Source: Paraspadella gotoi
Taxonomy: Eukaryota; Animalia; Chaetognatha
NCBI GenBank assembly: GCA_051294375.1
Contig: CM119269.1
Coordinates: forward strand, 19,205,422 to 19,269,421
Length of the DNA stretch: 64,000 bases
Reading direction: 5' to 3'
Shown: piece by piece, positions 26,630 to 38,200 of the stretch
Numbering within the stretch: position 1 is the first letter of the stretch
Layout of the letters: the number at the start of each line of letters is the position of its first letter
Made by a program: the position numbers and the translations under genes
The notes under the pieces: model-generated
Seen by the model: only the letters and a program-made list of their open reading frames with translations
Told to the model about the DNA's origin: nothing
The model's database searches: none

Positions 26630-29600
26630 CCTGCAAATCCATCTCCTCAAAGACGAGACACACGAGATGCAGGTTGAGCGGATTTCCCACGAAGTCGACG
26701 AGGAGGAGGTCGTTCTCGATCCCGTCCACGACGATGTCCGCCTTGAAGGACTTCTTGGCGATGTTCTTGAAGTAGGACTTGGTCAGGGATCGGATCTCGT
26801 CGATGTGGTTCCCGATGAGGATGTAGAGATTGTTCATGTAGTACCAGAGCGGACGAGTCGCGCGGAGATGGCCTGGTTGGAAATGGAACAGGTTTGGGAG
26901 TGGTTCATGTATAATCTAGTTCAACTCGTTCTATCCTATTGCGGCCCACCGATTTCTGGTCTCATCTAACCCCATCCCATACGAATCTCAGATCCTTATC
27001 CTGACCCGTGATGATCCAATCGGCCTTAGATAGAAAGACCCCATCCCAGCCTTTCCACTCCACGCTCTTGACGAGGCTGTCCTTGAAGGGACTTCCCTCG
27101 GGCAGTTCGTGGAATCCGTCGATGACGAGGAGCACGCTCTCTTCGTTCTTCTCCAAACAGTCCTTCAGCTGATCTTTGGAGATGAAGCAGAGGTTCTCGC
27201 TGGTTTGAGAGGAGGAGGTGCTTCCTGAGCAAAATTCAGGAGAGGTTCGGTTAACATGCCAGTAAAAGAAGACGTTTAAATTACTGGGATTAAAGAAAAA
27301 ATTTAAGAAAAAATGCACCCATGTTTTGTGTGAATATGCAAGAAATATGTATTTTTACAATCAATGCAGGTGTGACCAAAATAAAATGTACAACGACTTA
27401 TGACGACGGTAGCTGCTCAAAAAATAAAAAGAAAAAGAAAAAGAAAAAAGAAAAAAAAAACCGCCCAAAATACTTACCAGTTTCCACCCAATCAACAACC
27501 TCATTTCCCACCTGAGCTGTAGATGTACCCGTCCGGGAAGTAAACCTCCCAAATGGCGTCCAATACTGAATCGAAGGAGAAGACGTATCGCGCTTCGAGG
27601 AGAAAGACGAAGTCGTACTCCCAGAGACGACTAGGGTCACGCTCGCTGCAACGCTTCCCTGTCATATTTTTGTTTATTAGAATGTAAACCTAATTTTTTT
27701 TTATTCAATTGTTGTTTGTCTGTCTGCCCGCCCGTCTGTAAGTCTCTCTGTCTGTCTGTCCCTCTCACCCAAACACTTTCTCCTCTCGAATCCATTCCTC
27801 TCCATGACGTCGGCGGTGTCCCGGGCCAGCGTCACGTCCGCCCACTCGTGCGCCACCTTCCGGCAAAAAGTGGACTTTCCGGCTCCAGGATCCGCCTCGA
27901 CGGCCACGTGGGTCCAGACGGTCTCGGGGTCGAAGAGCTTGTCGAGGCCGAGGGCGCGGGGTTTGGAGTCGACGATCGGGGTTGGCTTGGAGGTGTCGTC
28001 GTCGTCTTCGCACTCGAGCTCGCGTTTAAAGTTCTAAAGATGAGAGAGAAGAAGAAGCGAGGGGAAATGGAGATGGAGGATGTGATCGGGGAGAGATGTT
28101 GAGGATGAAAGGGAGAACAAAAAAGTGAGACTTGACGGGCGTGAGTCTGTGACTTCGACTTGACTGTTTTTTTTTTGTGGTTTTTTTCCATCTCTTTTGC
28201 TCATACTTCTGTCGCCACCCCTTACCTGCACGTTGTGCAACGTCCCCATGTAGAGCGACATCGGAACGGAGAAATTTAGCCATGGCACCGGACCTTCGAT
28301 GACGCTCAACTGGGAGATGTAGGTCGACTGCAGTTGATCCCTGACCAGTAGAGTCAGAATCTCCAGGTCGTTCTCCACATAGGGGCCGGCGTTGGAAGGA
28401 CTGGCGCCGCGACTGCCGGCCGAAGCGGCGCCGGCGTCACCGTCTTCGGTGTTTCGCCTCGATCGCTGCGTGCGCGAGCGCCGCTCATTCTCCATCGAGC
28501 GGAGATCCTCCAACGCTTCGTGGAGATCGGAAGGGTCGCTATAGATGCAGTCGATATCAGGGTCGTCGTCGTCTTCGTCGAGGTCGTCCGTTTCCTCGAC
28601 GTCGTCGGCGTCTTCGGCAACGGTTTCAGTTTGGCCCGTCGCGTCCGCGTCCGTAGATTCGCCTTCTTCGTCGTCGTTCGTGTCGTCGTCAACCTCGTCG
28701 TCGTCGTCGTCGGCGGCGTCATTTTCAAAACCAGTCGCCCAGGGGTTAATGGGTTCTTCGTAATAGTTGTCGTTTTCGCCATCGTCCGGGTTTTCGCCGT
28801 CGTCGTCATCGTCGTCTTTTTCGTTCCCTTTCGTACTGGAAAATCTCCCTGCTCCGCCGCTGCTTTTCTCTTCTTCCTCTTCCTCGTCAAAGTTAGTCCC
28901 CGTGTTCCATGAAAATTGCATTTCCCAAGATCCGCTTCTTCTTCCTCCTGCTCCTCCTTCTCCCTCTTCCCCTTCTCCTCCACCTTCTCCCTCTCTCGAT
29001 CCTCTGTGTATCCACTGATTGTACTCTTGAGTCGCGGCTTCTGCCTCCTCTCCCCCTCCCTCGCCCCCCCTTCCTCCCCCCCTTCTTCGCTCCGGTAAAG
29101 AGAATCGTCGTCGTCGTCGTCGTCGTTGTCGCCGGTGTTTGCTGCCGCAGCTTAAAGCCGCTTCAGCCGCCTCCGCCGCTTCAACCTCCACCAACATCTC
29201 TCCGCGGGCGATTCGGTCAAAGTTCCATTCACTGGCGCAAATGTCGTCGTCGTCGTGTTTGACGTCTTCTTTAGAAATATCGAGGATCTGTTGAAATGTA
29301 TGAATATAATTTAAAACATTAAGTTATGAAATTGTATATATTCGGAACATTTATTCTTCGCTCCAACCGACCCAAAACCCAATCTTAAATACATCAACGT
29401 TCCTCCATGCACCACCTGATCAATATCCTCGTCCGCCTCGGAACATTCGCGCCTGACGACCTCGAGGCCGGCGTCTTCCTCCTCGTCGTCGTCTTCCCGA
29501 AAAGAGACGAGCTGCCAAGTTTCCCCCTCCTCCCTCTCCCCCTCTTCCTCCTTAGCCTCTCTCACTTCCGCTACTTTGTTCCGGTTGAGCGTCACGACGT

Positions 29601-32600
29601 AACTGACGATGGTCTCCTCGTTGCTCGGTTCACCGTTCATAGTCCATGGTTTTCACGCCGTGAACGTTGGGGCAAAGGGTATCGCGCAACGTGACCACGC
29701 GTCCAAGTGGCCAAAAAATTGAAAAGGTGGAGATTTTAAGACTAAGCTTTTAGGATTTGGTTTGTTTTTTTTTTTTTTTTTTGGTTCGTGGTTGACGTCA
29801 GATTTTTTTAGAATTTTCTCGGCAGTTTTTGTTTTTTTAGATATTTATTTGTACGATATTTTTGGGTTTTTTTTTTGGGGGGGGGGAAAGAGAGTTTGAA
29901 TCACAGATAAATATCAAATTTATTCAAATAGCCGCGTTTTTTTGTACTAATCCAATTACACTATGACTTAAAGAAAAAAAAAAGCAGATCGCAATGAAAA
30001 CTATGGATTTATCTGCAAAAAAAAAAGAATGGAAACAAAATAAATTAGTATTCTAAAAAAATTGTAAACGTGGGGTTATTTAAAAACAGTTCCACAATGA
30101 AGCTGAAATTTTCAGATTTGTCATTATTTTTCAAAATCTTCGGCTCTTAAAAGGACCAAGACCAAGCCGAGCCCTTTATTTCCACTCACGACAAGATTGA
30201 GGCGGCCTCTTTGGTCCCAAAAACGAGGCGACATCCCGCGGGAATCTGCTCGTCCAGGTCTGCCTCGATAGAGGCCACGCTTGGGCCGATGTCCTTCAGA
30301 CGCGTGATCTTCTTCAATTCTTCCTTCAACGAAGGGTTGTTTTTAGCGACCTGGTCAAGGAAAGAGTTGTTGATGTTGTGGTTGTGCAGATTTTTAGCTG
30401 TTCACACAGTAATCATGTGCAATATGAGTACCTTACGCTTATATACGTAAAAGTCTTCAACTTTTTTGAAACCTCAGTTAAGAACAAAATTTCGAACGAA
30501 TCAATGAATGATCACTTTATTCACCTTATTCACCCTCGGTGAAAGTGATCCGCTTTGGCTTTGAGAACTTACCATTTCCGCCTGAGTCTGCATGTCTTCG
30601 ATCTTTTTCGCCATCGGAAGAAATTTCTTCATTTTCGTCATCCGAGTTAAGGTGTCAAGACTTAAAGGAAAATTAAGGTATGTACTCTACTAGTACTAGT
30701 ATCGTTATAAGCGTTAACAATAAATAAAGTATAGGTACGTATGTACAAATACAATGTATAAAGTGGGATTAAATTAAAACTGAAGAACTTAAAAAAGTCT
30801 TAGAAAAGTTTTTGTATCCCCCCCACCTGACTACAACTGCTTCGTGCGCCGACTTGACCCCCATGAAATAAGCCTTCACCATCGCCGCCAAATCTTTTTT
30901 CCCGCCCAAACAGTCGGCCAGAGTGAAGTAAATGGCCGCCAGGCCGAGGGGGTCGCAGGCGGTGAGAGAAGCTGCGTTCGTTTCGACCACCGTCAGGCAT
31001 TCCTCGATCGCCTGGGAACGGAAGGAAATAGAATTGTCTATCGTCGATCAGTGCAGCAAGCTCGACTATACTTGCCCAGCTAACATGTTCTTTGATCACC
31101 TTGTCGAACAGCGGCATGGCTTCTCCCTGATCCAACCCCACGGTGTCCATCTTGAATCCGTTGGCCCTGACGAAGGCGGACTGAGCTTCGGCGACCAGCT
31201 TCTCCTGCGTCGGCTCCAGCGGCCCGTCGAGGGACTGTAGGCTCATTTGCTGAAGGTGGCGTCGGCGGTCGGGGAGACCTTTGAACGGGTGGATGGAGGA
31301 CAAGATTTCGAGGGACAAAGTTGGGAGGCTTTCAGAGACAAGAGTTTAAGGAAATTAGAGGAAAAGAAAATAGAATGAAGGACAAAGATTTGTCGCGATT
31401 GAAGATAATGACGAGATCTTGATGTTAGAACAAGATATTAAAAGATAAAGAAAATATTTAATCAAGAAACGGGATTTTCAAAAAAATTAGCTAAAAACTG
31501 ATAAGGAATTTATTTCTTTTATTCAGTTAATTTCCCAACAATGACAACAACAAACTTTTTTTTATCTCCTTATACTGACAAAAAGAAAAGAGAATTTTCT
31601 CTCCTTGTCTTTCTCAGACTCGGTATCGCCATTGAAAACAAAAGGTCAGCGGCCGTTGAATGACAACGGACATGAACGAATTAAGTGAAAAAAATAAATT
31701 GACAAAGAAAATCTGAAAAAAATTTAAAAACAAAATCGCAAAAGTTATAACAATAGGAAGAAGAGAAAGAAAAAGATAATGAAATAAAATGAACAAAACG
31801 TGATTGTCACGTGAAACTCTTCAAGAAAAAGAGGCGGCTGCGGGACGTCACGATTGGCACGTGCGAAGAGCAATTGCGTTGTGTTCAAGAAAATTGTATT
31901 TTCATAAAGCAAAATTAAAGCACGAATAACGTAAAGATAGATTATGAACTTAAATATTTCCTAATTCTGAAGATTATAATATATTTTCCTCTCTCTCTCT
32001 TTAGTTCACGAAATCGCTGACGATATTATTTTATTCTTTTATTCTTCTTAATCACATAACACAAAGCCTGATTTTCTAGAAAGTCCTCCAGGTTAACGCC
32101 CTGTTACTTTCTTTGTTCGCTTATCTCGTGCATATTACCTATAAATTGTCTAACCTTTGACTTAATCTATTTTGTCTATTTTGTATTAAAATTATTTTTT
32201 ATACAAAGTATTTTATGTCGTTCTCGTTTTCTTCTTTCTGCCGAACGTGGCTCGTCTTCCCATTTCCGTTTTCCTCCTCTTGTTTCATTCCGTTTTTCTT
32301 TAGCGAGTTCAATTTATTCTCTTTACTTTTCTTTTCTTTACTTTTCTTTTCTTTTGTTATCTATTCCCTTCTCTTCCGTCGCTTATTCATTTTCTCGTCT
32401 TATATGGATTCCTTGTTTATAAACAAAGCTTGCTTTAAATTACCCAATGACAATGAGTGACTTTGATTGATTTATTGATTGATTGATTTATTTATTGATT
32501 GATTGATTTAATATATTTGATGTGTTGACTGTTTTTAACTCACACTGAATTCCTGCCATAGCGGTGACGAGGGGTAGCCCCGACGCCACGTCCCTGACGG

Positions 32601-35192
32601 CGGTGACGACTGCCACGCCACCGATCGTCCCCCAGGTGACATTGGGGCGGTCAGAGTGACGCAAGAGCGCGGGGACGGGCCAGAGACCGAGCTGTCCGAG
32701 AGAAGTTGAATCGCCGTCACCTGTGGATGGAAAAAAAAAGATAAGGAACAACAAATGAAAAAGATAAATAAAGATGATGGTATGGCAACAGCCGGGTTAA
32801 CTGTGATGCCCTTTGGGATGCGGCATCTCACTGTTGGCTATGGGGGCTTCCGATCCTCAGTGACGCCGCCAGTCGCTGGCGCGGTTACCCTAGGATGGTC
32901 TCGCTTTGCCAACGCAGAGGGAATCGTTAGGACTGTGGATGGAACACTACGCCTGGGATGGTGTGTTCCCCCTCTGAGCCAATGGATTTGGCTGAAGGAT
33001 GGTGGACTTGAGGCGTTGTGAATATACCGTCACAATGGGTTTTTTTCGCTTTTTGATGTTCCTATAATTTTAAATCAGTCGGGCTTCATATTTTGTAATT
33101 TTGTTTTGGGTTTTCATTTCTATTATTTTTTTTTATTACAATCATTTAAAAGCTTTCCTTAAAAAATGGAAAAATGAAAAGAAATTCTGTCGCTGTTTAT
33201 TACAAAGGAATTCTCACGAACCAATAGTCGGGCAAGATAGCTTATTTATTAAATGAATGGATAATTTTTATATTGCTTTTACCAATTTCATAATAAATTT
33301 GGAATTTAAAAAAAAAATTGGAGAAGAGGAAAATTTCTAAGGACTAAAAAAAAGCGCAATTAAAATGAGAGTATGGAGATTGAACAAGCAGTTGAAATTT
33401 CAACAATCTCATCAATCTTTGTGACCTTTACGTTTGAATTAAAAAAATGATCCGGATGTTTTTTTCCTACTTATATTTTTTTTAAAGTCTCTTTTAATTA
33501 CAGTGAACTTTTCCCTCCTTCGGCGTCGAAGCGAAATATAATGCGAAACATCCTCAGAAATATGTCATCTGTTTCTTTTGTTGTTTTTTTTTAAACACAT
33601 TTGTTAGGGATGTTTTAAAAGTTGCTAGGACTTAGTTTCTGTGTGTAGCTTATTCGATGATCATCAATATTCTTAAAAAAAAACAAAAAACCAAAAAACA
33701 AAAAAACAAATAGTCTCCAGTGCGAGCGAATCTAACGAACAGTATTGCGTCTATATATCGTTGGAGTTCGGTTTGAAGTTTCCGGCGAAAAAAAAATCGA
33801 TTCTACGAGGTTTTACAAAAGTGAAGAAAAAATTTCACGAACGATATTCGCACAAGAAAAGTTCTTTTCTTATTCCGACCGCCTTAAAAAAAAGAATGAA
33901 GAACTACGCCTGGTTTGTTGAGTCCGACGATAAACGCAAGGAGACGAGATCGTTTTTTTTTTTTCATTTAACCGCCTATTTTTTTAAATATTTTATCAAT
34001 TTTTTGATATAATTGATATAATAAAGTTATTACAATTATTTGTCATTCTAACAAATGTATGTTTGATTTTTCCTGTAACTTTTTTAAATTTATGCTATTA
34101 TTAAATATAAAAATACTACTACAAATAATATTTCACGGGGAAAGCGCTAGGTTGAAGATACGCAATTTAAGCGCTTGCTATATCCTTAACTCTTTTTTTT
34201 TCTCTCCCTTCATCTGGAGGTGAAAGTCTGAAGGATCAGCGGATTCGATCTCTCTCTCTCTCTCTCTCTCTCTCTTTGAAATTCGCAATCCTGATCGAAT
34301 CTTACAACCAGTGATGGTGGTGGCGTGGCGCGGGTGAAGGGGCGTTGTGGTCGACCGGACGACGGTCGACTGGGAGTTTGGTTACCGGAAAATGGTAGAA
34401 CGGATGGTGGTCGGCTGGGTGGTGCCCAAGATCCGATTTAACGACTCCATGAATTAATTGGGTTGTTTGTTTTCATTCGCCGACGAAATAAATTTTTTCC
34501 CCTTTTTTTTTTCTAAAATTATAATTTTCAGAATCAAATTCGAATTTTTGTTGCGTATGAATTTGGTGTTTTCTTTTTCGCGCAATAAATCATTTTCCCC
34601 CTAAATTCATTCATTTTTCATTAACAAATAGTTTTTCCTAAAATGTTAAGAATAGGCAATCTTCCGGACGGTTAAATAAAATTTTTTGTTCGTATCTATT
34701 CGATTTTTTTTACTGGCCCACAAATTATTTCTGGATACACAAATCAGGCCCCCACCCGCGAGAAAAATCTCTCGTTTCATTTAATAGTTGTCGTTGTGGT
34801 TGTTGTTGTTATCACTGATTAGAAATAAAGGGTTCGCGATAGGATAGCGATGCGATGCCTCCTGATGATGTGGACTTTTCTGTCTGATTTTGTAAGTTAA
34901 GTTCATAAGACTTTTTAAAACTCCTTCCCATTTGACCTATCCCCAAATTTGGTCCCTTTGTCGATAACAACGCTGCCCCCCCCTCTTTTTGACTCCATTA
35001 CTGACCCGTTTGCGTCATGGTCTTTTTGTATCGATCGTCAAACGTCGTCGCCAACGAAGTCGTTTGTCGCTGAAGACTCTTCAACGTCTCCGTCAAAATA
35101 GAGGCGAGGCGACGTCCTTGTTCTTCTCCATCCGGGGATCCTGAAAGTGGTGGAAGAGAAAATGAAGGGAAGACTCTCTCTCTCCTCTCTCC

Positions 35193-35232
<40 letters not shown>

Positions 35233-38200
35233 TCTCTCTCTCTCTCACACACACCTTCGAACGTTTTAATGGGCGTGTCCGTCACTCCAGTCTTCGCCTC
35301 TGCACGAATCTGCGTCACCGGAAGTTGATCGTAGAGAAAAGGGAGGAAAGAGGGAAGGCGACGAAATGCCTGGATGGAGGAAAAGAAAGCTATTGATTTC
35401 TCACTCTAGTATGTTAAAAGCATCTCCAAGAGCCATTCATTCATGAATAATGTTTTTTTGTTAAATTGTGGCGACTTACCATGATAAGCACTTTCCAATN
35501 NNNNNNNNNATATCTTTTCTTGTCATTTCAGCCCTCGCGGCTTTCAACATGGCGATCAAAACCGCATTGTATTCATCATTTCTTTCATCAGGATGAGTCT
35601 CTTCTTTCCCTTTTTTCCCCTCTTTTTCTCTCTATCCTCCTTTTCCTTTTTCACTTTCCCCCTTTCCTTCTTTCCCAATCCTCACCTGCCCGATCTTCGG
35701 CGTCTTCCCTTCCTCCACCAACTTCCCCTTCCTCCCCAGCAGCCGCAACGCCCTCTCCTCGAGAGGATCGTCCAAGACTCTGGCCAAGACTCTCTTGGGG
35801 AAGTCCACGTGAGCGTCGACGGCGGAGGCGGAGGAGGAAGAGGAGGAGGTGGCGGGGATGTAGTGGACGGAGCGTTGGACGCAGAGGATATCGCCTCGAG
35901 AGATGTCGGCTGAAGAAGATAAAATTTGGGTTGAGTCAGAGATGGCAGAACTAGGTTGTGGCGAACATCGGCCGTTTTCAGTGTCGACATATTCCATGTC
36001 TTTTCTTCCTGCCATAAGCAGCTGTTAGTCTACCTACCACGAAAAATCTGTCTGGCCTACTGACCAGAAACTCTATGCGCAATCAAACAATATCATAATC
36101 ACTACCATCCCCACCCTTTCATCACTCACCGTTGGCCACGAGCCCCAGCCCCGTGCCGTCCACATCTCCCAGCCCTAGCTTAGGGCTGAGCCACTCTACG
36201 CACTCCCATTCGGTCGTGGGATCCTTCAGCGCCGCACGCAGCGCCGCCGCCCAGTCGTGCCGACCCGAGGCTTCGCTCAGCGCCGAACGGAGGCGCCGCA
36301 CTTCCGGTTTCTTCATGCGGGACTCGAAGGCGGCAAGAACGGAGGCGGCGGATGAGGAGGAGGTGGAGTTTGAAGTGGAGAGATGGACGAGGGAGAGAGC
36401 GAGGCGGAAGGCCGCTTTGGTGCGGGAATCTGGGGATGTCGCCAGATGTTATTTTTTATTGCGACTGCTATTTTTGTGAATGGGTGTTAAAAACTTTCTG
36501 ATCATTTTTCCTCTTACAGAATCATTTTCGTTTATGCTCTTTCTTACGGCACTTCCATATCCTGACTTGCCATTTCTCTCGCCTCATCTTTTCTTATTCC
36601 ATTCGCTCCTCGGCCCCCCACCCAGCGCTTACCCTCGTCCTTCAAGAACAGCAGCGCCTGCGCCGCCGAATTCGCTGCGGCGTCGAAGCGTCTCGTCTTG
36701 ACGCAGCAGAGTGCGACGTTGTTCAAGACGTTGCCGACGAGTTTGAAGTCGTCTGGAAAGTCGGCCACGACGTCGACGACGAGATCCGGGAAGGGGACGA
36801 CCGAAGGGTCGTCTCCACCTTTTCTCGCGTCGACGATCTTCTTCAACAGCATCGCCGCCTCTTCGTCCGTCCCATCCTTTTCCAAATAATTGCGTAGCAG
36901 AATCTCCGCGGCGTCAGCGGCACCTATTTTCGACGCCGCCGTCGCATAGGTCGACGCCGCTTCGAAGTAGTTAGGTTTCAGTCTTAGGACGAAGGACGAG
37001 AGCGCCGCGGCTCGACTCGCGTCGCCGGTATCTAGAAACCACGCCGCTCGCGCCGCCAAGGCCGCGATGGCTTCGCGATCCATCGTTTCCAGTCCGGCGT
37101 CGTATGCTTTGACCGCAGCGGCGTACCGACCGGCGCCGAAAAGTTTTTTGGCCGCCTCATTGGCGTCGGCAAGGGAAGCGAGATCCGGCAGAGGTGGCGA
37201 AGGTGGTTCGGGGTTAGAAGTCATTTTCAAAAAAAATTGATTTTCTAGAATAAATTAGGAATTAGCATAGTTATAAAAAAAAATGAAAGAGCCAAACCAA
37301 ACCACAAATATTTGCCCTATTTTGATATAAAAATGTTGGAATGACCCCAAAGATGCTAGTGTCATTGCATATTATTTAGTATATAAGCCTTTTTCAACTT
37401 TCTTTTTCGACCAAAAGTATTTTTTCGGAATATCGAAATCTCTCCGCCAGATTTGAAACTCGGTTTTCTCGACATTTAATATAAGTTCTTGCTGGCATGG
37501 AAGCTTTAAAAACAAGACGAATAACACACAGAAGCTGTAATTTCAGCTTGTGATGGGATATGTATTTATTTGTCAAAAAAATGTGAATAATTTTTAACTG
37601 CAGCAAATTTGCCAACGTTTAAAACTGAGGGCGATTGAAGACGGCGAAGACAAAGATGACCACAACTGCCTTTACTACGATTGATGCTAACTCCTCGTTC
37701 TTAATCTACGTCAGTCGTCGTCGCATCAATGGCGTAAGTGTTTCTTCTCTCTCCTGCTGCTGCGCCACAGCTTCTTGCATTTCCCCATCTCCGCCAAGAG
37801 GGTCTTCTTCTCTCCATCGGTCGGCTCCAACTCCATCGCCTCTCCAGCACCGCGATGGCGTCCTCGGGCGCCGCTTCTCCCGCAGCGCCCAAGCCTTCCG
37901 GAAATAGGCCTTCATGTTTCCCACGTCCCAATGCAGGACCTGTCGTTTGAAGCGAAAATGAGAGAGAGGCTTATGATGAAATTTGCTGGTATTAAAGTGT
38001 ACTCCTGCCAAAAGAGAGTCGAGCTAACGAGTACTCACATTTAACCATGATTCTTTTCAACTAGATTTAATCGCATCAGTTTTTACAAGGAAACGAGGTC
38101 TCTGCCTAGTTGATTTATCTTTGTGTCCCTCAATCATCCGATTAAACCTAATTTCTCTTTACTCTCTAGATTAACCTCTCCAAAAACTAGGCTCAATTTC

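Noticed and set aside
32755-33021. 88-aa plus-strand ORF
   Set aside because: No recognisable motif or splice context; better explained as a by-product of a GC-rich structured segment.
33225-33295. ~70-bp match to ~54855-54925
   Set aside because: Short AT-rich dispersed repeat fragment with no definable ends or structure.
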